Below are positions 38,366 through 48,204 of a stretch of DNA of 64,000 bases, piece by piece. Origin of the DNA: Candidatus Methylomirabilales bacterium (GTDB lineage: Bacteria; Methylomirabilota; Methylomirabilia; Methylomirabilales; CSP1-5); the NCBI GenBank assembly GCA_046758505.1, contig JBHIAH010000001.1:32001-96000 (forward strand). The letters are read 5' to 3'. Within the stretch, counting starts at the first letter, position 1. Each line of letters starts with the position of its first letter. Under the pieces are notes generated by a model that saw nothing but the letters and a program-made list of their open reading frames with translations, did no database searches and was not told the DNA's origin. Both the position numbers and the translations under genes were made by a program.

Positions 38366-38929
38366 TTAGGGCTTTCCCGCGATTTCCCGGACCGCCTTCA
38401 GGATCGGTTCGGCGGGAAAGACTTCCTTGATCGAGGGGACCCACTTCCCCCGGACGATCCCCTGTTTATCTATGAGGAAGAACGACCGCCGTGAAAACTC
38501 TCGCCCTGGGTTTCCGAGACGCTGGACGACGCCGTAACTATGAATGACCTTCAGGTTCGGATGGTCGCTGAGGACCGGGTACGGCAGCTTGAGGGACTCC
38601 GCAAACGTCTTCTGTGCAAACTTGTTGTCCGCGTTGATCCCGAGAATCTGGACGTTCAGGTCCTGGAACTTCTGGTAGTTGACCTTCCTGGTCAACAGGT
38701 TCTTCGCTCACGTCGGGCCGAAAACGGCGACGAAGAACTCGACAAGGACAAGCTTCTTCCCCCGGAACTCGCTCAGGCTGACCTTCCCTCCGGTCGTGCT
38801 GGGGAGCGTGAAGTCCGGCGCCTGCTCACCGACCTCTAGTGCCGTGGCCACACCGGGTAGACTCAGCACGCCGGCCAGCAGCACGCCTAACAGAAACAGG
38901 CTTCTCGTTTGTTTTGTTGGCATACTCAT
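38366..38929 (-). CDS. Secreted peroxiredoxin-like (AhpC/TSA redoxin) selenoprotein, Sec codon at 38708-38710
   Basis: ORFs 38708..38947 and 38366..38695 are in frame across one TGA: VGEQAPDFTL...EFFVAVFGPT-U-AKNL...QILGINAD...RSFFLIDKQGIVR. Confidence 0.85.
38666..38702 (-). promoter_or_regulatory. Bacterial SECIS-like hairpin
   Basis: GUUGACC-AGGAA-GGUCAAC begins 11 nt after the UGA, with lower pairings GAAC/GUUC and CUG/CAG. Confidence 0.75.
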
Positions 38930-39662
38930 CTGTCCATCTCCTTTCATTAAAGGACAACGCCTTTACAACCTCAGATACAGGTTCCCCTGCGTTTTGCCTC
39001 CGTGGCTATCTGGCCACCTCCTCTCTGCAACGCACAACGCATTCACAACCTCCCCGGGCCTCGTCCCGGTTCCCTCGCCGATGGTCCGGCGGAAATGCGG
39101 ACGAGCCGATCGGCTCGATATAACACCTCCGGCGCGACCGTGACCCCACGGCCAAAGGTCGTAATGGCTTGCGCCTCGGGCCACATCCTGCCAGAAGCTC
39201 ATCGACCCTGGACCGCCTGGAGGAGGACCATCTTTACCGGTGAGGCGCCCCGCGGTAATTCAGTTCTCTGCTTGGTTCCCTTCTCAAAAGGAAAACGCCC
39301 TCCGGGCCGTGCTTCGCCCGAGAAGGCGTCTGGGTGCTTGGTGCGCCAACGATTGTGCCCTAGGTGGGCTAAGGACTGTGCCTATCCCGGTTCCATTAGT
39401 AGTACCCGGTGGCAGCTAAGGGTTGATAGCTGAGTGATCTCTTTACCGACCAACCATGCCACGACCCAAGGATCGCTACGAGAGCCAAGATACTATGACT
39501 TAGGTCAGACGTTTGTCTGATCTAAATCATCCTATATCCAAAGGGCGTACCCCCCGTCAAGCCCAAACTGAGGGGGAAAGGGGGACGTTCTACCTTTTCG
39601 TTCGCAAATACGCTCGTTCTGAATCTTGTCTAACCTGAGACGATTCCCGTCGGTGCAGCTTG

Positions 39663-41000
39663 TCAGAGGCGGATGGCGACGTAGCGGACGAGGAAGAGGG
39701 CGGCGAAGAGATAGAGGGGCCAGGGGATGCGGTGCCACTGGCGCGACACGATCTTTAGAAAGACGAACGCGATAAAACCGAAAGCGATCCCCTCCGTGAT
39801 GCTGAAGGTGAGCGGCATCATGATCATCGTGAGAAAGGCCGGAATCGCCTCGCTGTAATCGCTCCAGGGAATCTCTCGCACATTTTTCACCATCATGCTC
39901 CCCACCAGAATCAGGGCCGGAGCGGTGACGGGATAGAGGACCGTCCCAGCCGGCGTCTGATGCCCTCCCCCGACCATCCGGACGAGCGGGAAAAAGAAGA
40001 GCGAGGCCAGAAAGAGGGCCGCGGTGACGATATTCGCGAGGCCCGACCGTCCCCCGGCGGCGACGCCCGCCGCACTTTCGATGTAGCTTGTGACGGTGGA
40101 CGTCCCGAGCAGCCCCCCGCCCACGGTCCCCATGGCATCCGCCAAGAGGGCCCCTTTCGCCCTGGGAAGCGTGCCGTCCTTCAGAAAGCCCGCCTGCTGG
40201 CTCACCCCGATCAACGTCCCCACGGTGTCGAAGAGGTCCAACAGGAAGAAGACAAAGATGACGGTCACCAGTCCCAGTTGGAAGGCCCCGGCAATATCCA
40301 ACTGGAGGAACGTGGGGGCAAGCGAGGGGGGGAGGCTCACCAGCCCCTGGTACCGGATCAACCCCGCGGCGAGTCCGACCAGTGTCGACGCCCCCATCCC
40401 CCACAGGATCGCGCCCTTGACCCCCAACACCAACAAGACCGAGATCGTCCCTATGCCGAACAGGGCCAGCAGCACTGGCGGATTCTTCAGGTTGCCCAAG
40501 CCAACGAGGGTCCCGGGAGCGTCCACCACGATCCCGGACCACTCCAGACCGACAAGGGCGATCAACAGGCCGATGCCGACTGCGATCGCCTGCTTGAGCG
40601 AGTCCGGCACGGCATGGATAACCGCCTCTCGCAAACCGAAACATGAAAGGAAAACAAATATGCTCCCGGAGATGAAGACCGCCCCCAGGGCCACCTGCCA
40701 CGGCACCTTCATCCCCAGCACGACCGTATATGCAAAGAAGAAGTTGTGGCCCATGGCGGGCGCCAGGGCGATGGGATAGTTGGCGAAGAAGGCCATCAAA
40801 ATAGTCGCCAGCGCGCTGGAGAGGCAGGTGGCGACCAGGACGGCGCCGAAATCCATCCCCGCGGCCTGCAGCACGGTCGGCTGGACCACGATGATGTACG
40901 CCATGGTCATGAAGGTGGTGGCGCCTGCGAGGACTTCGGTGCGGACGTCGGTGCCCAGCTCGGCGAGCTTGAACCAGTGTTCGAGCATCCCCTTTCCCAC
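39663..41000 (-). CDS. NCS2/AzgA-family purine permease
   Basis: EVLAGATTFMTMAYI, LAPAMG.N.FFA, DLFDTVGTL, TSYIESAAGV..GGRSG. Confidence 0.95.
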   Translation of the reverse strand: MGKGMLEHWFKLAELGTDVRTEVLAGATTFMTMAYIIVVQPTVLQAAGMDFGAVLVATCLSSALATILMAFFANYPIALAPAMGHNFFFAYTVVLGMKVPWQVALGAVFISGSIFVFLSCFGLREAVIHAVPDSLKQAIAVGIGLLIALVGLEWSGIVVDAPGTLVGLGNLKNPPVLLALFGIGTISVLLVLGVKGAILWGMGASTLVGLAAGLIRYQGLVSLPPSLAPTFLQLDIAGAFQLGLVTVIFVFFLLDLFDTVGTLIGVSQQAGFLKDGTLPRAKGALLADAMGTVGGGLLGTSTVTSYIESAAGVAAGGRSGLANIVTAALFLASLFFFPLVRMVGGGHQTPAGTVLYPVTAPALILVGSMMVKNVREIPWSDYSEAIPAFLTMIMMPLTFSITEGIAFGFIAFVFLKIVSRQWHRIPWPLYLFAALFLVRYVAIRL

Positions 41001-41017
41001 TCGCAGCAGCGAAGTCG

Positions 41018-41431
<414 letters not shown>

Positions 41432-41582
41432 TCACGCGCCTCCCCCCGCGCTTCCAACTGCTGGCGCAGGATTTCCTCTCGACCACAGCACCGAATGGCA
41501 CCCATCCGGGCTGCGCGGTCCCTCGCGAGGCCGTTGGAGCCGGGCGAGTACCGGTTCCTCGGTTTCCGTAGATTGTGCCGTC

Positions 41583-42680
41583 CTAGCGGGAGCCCCGAGG
41601 GGGGCGCCGGATCCTGACGCGGGGCGCGATCTGCGTCCAGATCCGGGGATCTTCCTGACCGATCACCCATGCGGAAAAGCCCCGAAGCTTATACGCGTGG
41701 ACCAGCTCGAGCTTGGCTTGAAAGCTCCGGACGTCCTCGTACCAGACCTCATGTTCCACCCCGTCAGCCTGGAAGCGGAACCAGGGGACCTGCCGGACCG
41801 CATCCCATCCCGCCACAACACCGGAACGGTGAAGCATCGGCACGACCTCCGGAAAGCCGCCGTAGCCACCCCGACCCCCCTCGCTATTCCAGCTCCGAAA
41901 GTACAGGGGGATTCCCAACGAGAGCTTTGCGGCCGGGACCTCGCCGACCGCATACGCGAGGACCCGCTCCATCCACGGCACGCCCGCCACCGGTCCGGGA
42001 GGGGTGACCCCGCTGTGCTGGTCATAAGTCATCACCGAGAGGAAGTCCGCCGCCCGGGACAGGGTGGCATAGTCGAAGACCCCGGCCCAGTGAGCCCAGG
42101 AGGATTCGGAATAATCCTCGGGACGATCCGAGTGCTTGGCCACCACCGCCACGCTCAGCTTACGCCCCCGCCGGTGAAACTGCCGCGCAACCTCCTCGAC
42201 AAAGAGGTTATAGCGATGCCGATACGACGCATGGATATTCTCGAAGTCCAACTGGATACCCCAGTAGCCATCCCGAGTGGTGTAATACAGCAGATATCGG
42301 ATGGCGCGCTGCATCTTGGAGGGATCGTCGAGGACCGCATGGATCACCTCCTGGTTAAAACCTGGATTGATGACCAGGGGCATCACCGCAACCCGTTGCT
42401 CGCGGGCAGCCTTCAGCAGCTCCGGGTTGACCTCTCCAAAGACAAAACCCTCTCGGTCCATCACGAAGACCTGGGGGGCGATGATGCTGATCCGATTCAG
42501 ATGGGTGAGCGCCGAGACGAGCGCCGGGGGTCTTTCCACATAGTAGAAGAGGGTGGCGGCACGGGAGCGAGCCAGGAGCGGGACCGGCAGCGTGACGAGG
42601 ATGATCCCGATAAGGGGAAAAACCGCGGCCCTGATTCCCCTGCTCCTGAAACAGGCCCGGGACTTTCGTGGGCTCCCCAT
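41583..42680 (-). CDS. Glycoside hydrolase family 18 protein
   Basis: Signal/TM segment, GIQLDFE, VMTYDQH, LGIPLY, VWYED, GFSAW. Confidence 0.88.
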   Translation of the reverse strand: MGSPRKSRACFRSRGIRAAVFPLIGIILVTLPVPLLARSRAATLFYYVERPPALVSALTHLNRISIIAPQVFVMDREGFVFGEVNPELLKAAREQRVAVMPLVINPGFNQEVIHAVLDDPSKMQRAIRYLLYYTTRDGYWGIQLDFENIHASYRHRYNLFVEEVARQFHRRGRKLSVAVVAKHSDRPEDYSESSWAHWAGVFDYATLSRAADFLSVMTYDQHSGVTPPGPVAGVPWMERVLAYAVGEVPAAKLSLGIPLYFRSWNSEGGRGGYGGFPEVVPMLHRSGVVAGWDAVRQVPWFRFQADGVEHEVWYEDVRSFQAKLELVHAYKLRGFSAWVIGQEDPRIWTQIAPRVRIRRPPRGSR

Positions 42681-42691
42681 CCCCGATCTCC

Positions 42692-43078
42692 CTAGACATG
42701 CACGATGGAGACTCCAGCCGAGAGAACCTTGTGGGTCGGGCAGCGGGTGGCGATCTCTTTGAGCCGCCTCTCCTCTTCCCCACCAAGTCCCCCCTCGAGT
42801 TCAATACGCAGTTCGATGCGCGAGATGACCCCGTGTGTATCTTTCTCCGCATCAAGCCGGATCTCGACCTGTCCCGGGTCCCATCCCTTTCGCTGCGCAT
42901 ACATGCGCAGGGTGACGCCAACTCACGTTCCCAACGCCCCGAGGAGCAACAATGGTGGGCTCGGCCCCGCGTCGTCTCCTCCCAGCGTTGTCGGTTCGTC
43001 CGCCACGACTCTGTGTTCCCCGATCAGGGCCTCGTGCTGGAGATTTCGCAGAGACCGAACGATCACATCGCCACGCAT
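42692..43078 (-). CDS. OsmC/Ohr-family selenoprotein, Sec codon at 42923-42925
   Basis: Two ORFs in frame across TGA: [41 protein letters not shown]...RCPTHKVL; RBS GGAGGAGG. Confidence 0.85.
42893..42910 (-). promoter_or_regulatory. Bacterial SECIS-like hairpin
   Basis: CUGCGCA-UGUA-UGCGCAG begins 12 nt after the UGA. Confidence 0.7.
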
Positions 43079-43179
43079 CGCCTCCTCCGGTGTCCAAAAG
43101 CCTTTGACAAGGTCATGCCTGGGGACTAGACTTTTGCACCATACCACTGGTGCGGTTCATCCGCAAGGAAGGGGAAACC

Positions 43180-44667
43180 ATGGCGAGAGCCAAGCGCGAA
43201 ACAAAACCGACGACCCTCGGAGCCCTGAAGCGGAGCCATTTCACCGAGGCCCGCTATGGGCAGAGAACCGTCAAGGAAGAGATGCGGGAAAACGTGCTTC
43301 GCATGTTGGAGGCAGGCGAGCTTCTCTTTCCCGGGATCGTAGGATATGACGAGACCGTGATCCCCCAGATCGTCAACGCCATCCTTTCGAGACACCACAT
43401 GATCCTCCTCGGGCTCAGAGGGCAGGCCAAGAGCCGAATCCTCCGCGGCCTCACGGCCTTTCTGGATGAAGAGATCCCGACCATCGACGGGTGCGAGATT
43501 CACGACAGCCCGTACGCGCCCCTCTGCGCTGCCTGCCGGCAGAAACTCGCCGCGATGGGAGATGAGACACCCATCACCTTCGTTCCCCGAGATCGCCGCT
43601 ACGTCGAGAAACTGGCGACCCCGGATGTGACGGTGGCTGATCTCATCGGCGATATCGACCCGATCCGGGCCGCCCGGTCGGGCCTTGATCTCAGCAGTCC
43701 CCTGACCATCCACTTCGGCCTCCTGCCCCGGGCCAACCGAGGCATCTGTGCCATTAACGAGCTCCCGGACCTCGCCGCCAAGGTGCAGGTCGCCCTGTTC
43801 AACATCATGCAGGAGGGAGACGTTCAGATCAAAGGCTACCCCGTCCGCCTCCCCCTCGATGTCTGCCTGGTTTTTGCGGCCAATCCCGAGGACTACACCG
43901 CCCGAGGCAAGATCATCACCCCCCTGCGGGACCGCGTCGGCTCCGAGATTCGGACGCACTACCCCCTGACCATTGAGGACGGGATGGCCATCACCACGCA
44001 GGAGGCCTGGCTCAGCCGAAATGAGGACAAGCTGCATATCCCGCTTTACGTCTTTGAGATCGTCGAGCGGATCGCCTTTCTCGCGCGGGAGAGCAAGTAC
44101 ATCGACAAGCGGTCAGGGGTGAGCCAGCGCCTTTCCATCACCTGCATGGAAAATGTCGTATCCAACGCGGAGCGCCGTGCCATCCTGAACCGGGAAAAGC
44201 GGATCGTCCCGCGCCCCGCCGACATCCACGCCGCGCTTCCAGCCATCACTGGAAAGCTGGAGCTCGAGTACGAGGGAGAGCTGCGTGGAGCCGACACCAT
44301 TGCGAGGGGGCTCGTCCACGAGGCCATTGGAGAGACGTTCGCGGGCCGCCTGAGCCTGACAGACTGCCTGCCGATCGTGGAGTGGTTCAACCAGGGAGGC
44401 GAGATCCGCTTTGGTGATACCATGACGTCCGAGGGAGCCCTGCGGGCCGTTCAGAAGATCCCGCCGCTCTTGCTGGCCGCCAAGCAGCTCAAGCTGGGAG
44501 AGCAACCTGAATCCCTCGTCTCCGGCTGTGAGTTCATCCTCGAGGGGCTGCATGCCCTGCAAAAGATCAACCGGAGCGAGGAACGAGGCTACTTCGTCGA
44601 GCGGCGCGCGAGCGAGGCCCCTCCGGCAGAGCGCGAGGCAGGCCAACGCGGCCGCTATTACAACTGA
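43180..44667 (+). CDS. Magnesium-chelatase-like (MoxR-related) AAA+ ATPase
   Basis: GLRGQAKS Walker A variant, EKLATPD, INELPDL, ANPEDYT.RG. Confidence 0.9.
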   Translation: MARAKRETKPTTLGALKRSHFTEARYGQRTVKEEMRENVLRMLEAGELLFPGIVGYDETVIPQIVNAILSRHHMILLGLRGQAKSRILRGLTAFLDEEIPTIDGCEIHDSPYAPLCAACRQKLAAMGDETPITFVPRDRRYVEKLATPDVTVADLIGDIDPIRAARSGLDLSSPLTIHFGLLPRANRGICAINELPDLAAKVQVALFNIMQEGDVQIKGYPVRLPLDVCLVFAANPEDYTARGKIITPLRDRVGSEIRTHYPLTIEDGMAITTQEAWLSRNEDKLHIPLYVFEIVERIAFLARESKYIDKRSGVSQRLSITCMENVVSNAERRAILNREKRIVPRPADIHAALPAITGKLELEYEGELRGADTIARGLVHEAIGETFAGRLSLTDCLPIVEWFNQGGEIRFGDTMTSEGALRAVQKIPPLLLAAKQLKLGEQPESLVSGCEFILEGLHALQKINRSEERGYFVERRASEAPPAEREAGQRGRYYN

Positions 44668-44870
44668 GTAGGGTTCATGGTTGAGGGTTCAGAGTCAGAG
44701 ACCTTGGCTCTTACGATGAACCAGTTGGACGGTTCAAGGTTGAGGGGTCAGGGATAGGGATTCTGGCTCTTGCCATGAACCAGATGGCGCAGAGTTGAGG
44801 GTTCAGGGTTGAGAGTTCAGGGATGAAGACTTTGGCTTTTACCCTGAGCTATGAACCATGAACCATGAAC
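44668..44870. repeat. Three degenerate ~59-nt direct repeats built from heptamers
   Basis: Each unit reads GGTTCA.GGTTGAG.G.TCAG...TGGCT.TT...ATGAACC; the last ends in (ATGAACC)x3. Confidence 0.75.
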
Positions 44871-44877
44871 CGGTTTT

Positions 44878-46131
44878 ATGGGGACGATTCGATATTCCAA
44901 ATGGATCGGGCGGGCGGGCGGCGGTCTGAGTGCGGAGGAGCTGCTGGAGGAGCTGGCGGACTATCTCCTCCACAGCGGCTATGCTTCCTCCTACCATTAC
45001 GACCCCGAGGGAGACCGCAGCCTTCAGGATCTCGAGGCCGCGATTCTCCAGGCCCTCCTCGAGCAGGGAGAGGTTGATCCCCAGGACTTCGAGCGGTGGC
45101 TGGAGAGCCCTGAGTTTCGGGAGCAGTCCGAGCTGTCGGAGCTTCTCAAGACCCTCGTAGAGCGCCTGATCGAAGAGGGCTACATCACGGTGGAGCGGCC
45201 GGGACGGGCGGACGATGACCTGGACATCCGGGGCTATGTCGGTGAGTTCGGTCCCGAGGCGAGCCAGGCCCGATTCGAGATCACCAACAAGGCACTCGAC
45301 TTTCTGGGCTATAAGACCTTGAAGGACCTTCTGGGCGCCCTGGGCAAGAGCGATCTCGGCCGCCACGATACGCGGGAACTTTCCACGGGGGTCGAGGCCG
45401 CGCTCCCCCCGAAACCGTATGAGTTTGGCGACACCTTCAACCTGGATGTGACGGGAACCTTGCTCAACGCTGTCGAACGGCAAGGCCTTGCGGTCCCGAT
45501 CGAGGTGGAGCACCAGGACCTTGTGGTCCGACAGTCGGAGTACCAGAGCTCCTGCGCCACGGTCCTCCTCCTCGACTGCAGTCACAGCATGATCCTCTAT
45601 GGTGAGGACCGGTTTACCCCCGCAAAACGCGTCGCGCTCGCGTTGTCTCACCTGATCCAAACCCAGTACCCCGGCGACAGCCTCCATGTGGTCCTCTTCC
45701 ACGATTCCGCCGAGGAGATCCCCTTGAGCCGCCTCGCGCGGGTCACCATCGGCCCCTACCACACCAACACCAAAGCCGGATTCATGCTGGCCCAGCAGAT
45801 CTTGGCCCGGGAGCGCACGGATATGCGGCAGATCGTCATGATCACCGACGGCAAACCCTCGGCCATCACACTGCCCGACGGACGGATTTACAAGAACCCC
45901 ATGGGGCTAGACCCTTGGATTATCCATGAGACCTTTCGGGAGGTGGTGGGATGCCGCCGGGCCAGGATACTCATCAACACCTTCATGCTTGCCCGGGACT
46001 ATGACCTGGTCGCCTTTGTCCAGAAGGTCACCGAGATCGCCCGGGGGAAGGCGTACTTTACCACCCCCTATACCCTCGGCCAATATCTTTTCATGGACTA
46101 CATGTCCAAGAAGCTCCGCACCATCCACTAA
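44878..46131 (+). CDS. VWA domain protein, partner of the AAA+ ATPase
   Basis: [21 protein letters not shown]. Confidence 0.9.
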   Translation: MGTIRYSKWIGRAGGGLSAEELLEELADYLLHSGYASSYHYDPEGDRSLQDLEAAILQALLEQGEVDPQDFERWLESPEFREQSELSELLKTLVERLIEEGYITVERPGRADDDLDIRGYVGEFGPEASQARFEITNKALDFLGYKTLKDLLGALGKSDLGRHDTRELSTGVEAALPPKPYEFGDTFNLDVTGTLLNAVERQGLAVPIEVEHQDLVVRQSEYQSSCATVLLLDCSHSMILYGEDRFTPAKRVALALSHLIQTQYPGDSLHVVLFHDSAEEIPLSRLARVTIGPYHTNTKAGFMLAQQILARERTDMRQIVMITDGKPSAITLPDGRIYKNPMGLDPWIIHETFREVVGCRRARILINTFMLARDYDLVAFVQKVTEIARGKAYFTTPYTLGQYLFMDYMSKKLRTIH

Positions 46132-46529
46132 AGCAAACCCTCTGCCTTCCCCAAGTGGTGCGGGGCCCCCTCCCATGAGGGTGGGAGACGTGACGGCTCG
46201 GGACCTTTGCCCGAACCACGCCGCGGGCTTTCACACATCCCGGAGCACAAAAAAATTGGGAACCGGGCAGATGCCACCCATCCCCGTCATACCGTCAAAT
46301 TTCATCAACTACTTGCACGGTACCAGGATGCGAGGAAGCTATCCCCAATGGGGAGAACGAGGGTCCTGAACTCCCCCGTCCGGTATGCGCCCTTGAGGTG
46401 GAGTGGGGTGTAAAATTTACCGGGGAGACCTGCCCTTCGAGTTACCCTCCTTTGCCCCGTACACCCCCTGATTCAACATCTCCAGTTAAATCAATAGGTT
46501 CCAGCTCTCTCCTCCCACAGTTCCAGGTC

Positions 46530-46544
46530 TGGCACGGACATTGC
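46530..46544 (+). promoter_or_regulatory. Sigma-54 promoter
   Basis: TGGCACGGACATTGC, exact consensus. Confidence 0.72.
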
Positions 46545-46613
46545 CGTTACAGAGTAAGGTCTTCTACGCTACAGCCACCGCGAGGCTCGGGCCATCTGGA
46601 CGGGAGGAGAGAG

Positions 46614-46802
46614 ATGGAGTGGGTGAAGCTACCCCACGAACGCCCTTGCGAGACGTGTGGAGCGGCTTTCCAGCGCTGGGTTCGCTCGATGGGGGATGGG
46701 CAGCGGGCCGTTGAAGTCACCTTCTGCCCGTTTTGCTCCCTCGAGGTGAAAAGGATGGTCGAGACGGAAGTTCTGGACACATCCCGCCCCGCCCTCTGCT
46801 GA
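46614..46802 (+). CDS. Small zinc-ribbon-like protein (62 aa)
   Basis: RBS GGGAGG; CETC...CPFC. Confidence 0.6.
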   Translation: MEWVKLPHERPCETCGAAFQRWVRSMGDGQRAVEVTFCPFCSLEVKRMVETEVLDTSRPALC

Positions 46803-47134
46803 GTCGTCTTCCACTGCAGTGAGTGTATCCTCGAGCCGCCTCCGCGCGGCGGGAAGCCCACCAGGCTGATCCGCGAGAGCGCCGCCTTCCGCCCTGGGGA
46901 TGCTTCAGTTGCCTGACTTCCCCGTTCAGATCCCTGCCAATCCGAAATCCCCAGATACGAATTGAGCCCCAAACCCCGGACGGGCTGACCGTGTGGGCTC
47001 GCCAATGATGGGCCGGACCCGGCTAAAGGCAAGGTCGCACTGCGGGCACCGGTGGATTATCACCATCAGGTTCGGCCGTCCATCAAAACCCTGGGGGGGG
47101 CCGGTCAACGGGACCCCGCGACCGAGGAGGCCGC

Positions 47135-47150
47135 TGGCACCGATGTTGCA
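47135..47150 (+). promoter_or_regulatory. Putative sigma-54 promoter
   Basis: TGGCACCGATGTTGCA immediately before the PilZ gene. Confidence 0.6.
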
Positions 47151-47163
47151 ACCTGAAAGGGGT

Positions 47164-47856
47164 ATGCGCCAACGACTGCTAAGATGCCCCATCCAAGTCC
47201 CAGTACTCTTCAAGAGACTGGACCGGCAGGAGCCAGCCCAGACGGGCAATGGCTGGACCGAAGACCTGGGAGAAGGGGGTGCCTGTCTAAAGCTCCCGAC
47301 CCCCCTCCTCATGGGTTGCCGCCTGGGCCTCGTCATTTTCACCGAGCCAGACGTCGTCGAAGCCGAGGCGCGTGTGTTATGGGTGCGACCGGGGGGCCAT
47401 CGCGCTTTTTACTTTCATGGCGTGGAATTCCTCAACCTCACACCCGCGTATTACGAGGCCCTTCTCAAGGCTTTGGCCCCCGAGAAGTGCTCGGAAAAGC
47501 GGGGATACCACCGCTTTCCTCTCAGCCTCCGGATCTCGTGCCAAGCGATCAAGACGGATACCCCTCCCCTGGAAGGTCAAATCGGGAACATCAGCCGAGG
47601 GGGAGCAATGATCTTCCTTCCCGAGCAGCTCCTCCCGCACACCGAGGTCGAGATCACCCTGGTCGCTCCCCGAACAGAGCGAATTCTCGGGAAGGTGCGA
47701 TGGGTACTCGATTCGAAAGATGATTTTGGACTCTTCGGCCACGGGATCGAATTCCTCCAGGGACCCCTCGAAAACGAACGCTTCTTGAGTCTCTTCTCCG
47801 ACGCTCTCGCCGAGGAAAGCTCGGACGCCCATGCGGCGGAGAGAGAGCCGGCCTAA
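47164..47856 (+). CDS. Tandem PilZ domain protein (alternative start 47143)
   Basis: RQRLLR/DLGEGG and KRGYHR/NISRGG motif pairs. Confidence 0.85.
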   Translation: MRQRLLRCPIQVPVLFKRLDRQEPAQTGNGWTEDLGEGGACLKLPTPLLMGCRLGLVIFTEPDVVEAEARVLWVRPGGHRAFYFHGVEFLNLTPAYYEALLKALAPEKCSEKRGYHRFPLSLRISCQAIKTDTPPLEGQIGNISRGGAMIFLPEQLLPHTEVEITLVAPRTERILGKVRWVLDSKDDFGLFGHGIEFLQGPLENERFLSLFSDALAEESSDAHAAEREPA

Positions 47857-48204
47857 CCCCCTCTCCCCCCTCTCTTGACTTCGGTCTCCCCCTTTGGTAG
47901 ATGGTCTAGGGGGTGGTTTTGTTTCCCCAAATGCTCGCGGTGTACTCGCGGCTCCCGGTGCAGGGGCGCCGTTCCCCGCAACACGCAACAGGATAGCCGC
48001 CGATAGAGAACCGGCCAGCACGACCTTGGAGCGCCCGACGGCATACACCGGTGGGCGGGGGAGCCACCCGTCGAGCCGCCCGGGTGGCGTAATCGGATCG
48101 GCTATCTCCGCGGGCGGTGGACCCACCAGGAACTCCTCGATACGAATCTCTCCATCACCTCGTTTGGCGAGGATGAGGCGGGGGAACTGTAAAAAGGAGA
48201 CATC

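Noticed and set aside
38366..38947. Pseudogene interpretation of the split redoxin (and likewise the split OsmC at 42692-43078)
   Set aside because: Each has a single in-frame TGA exactly at the catalytic Cys position with a downstream hairpin, and no other lesions.
44668..44870. CRISPR array
   Set aside because: The repeats are degenerate over their whole length, there are no unique spacers, and there are no cas genes in the window.
46800..46915. Third selenoprotein by read-through of ALC-TGA-VVFHCSEC in the zinc-ribbon gene
   Set aside because: No convincing SECIS (only a loopless CACTGCAGTG palindrome) and no known family places Cys there; a normal stop is more likely.
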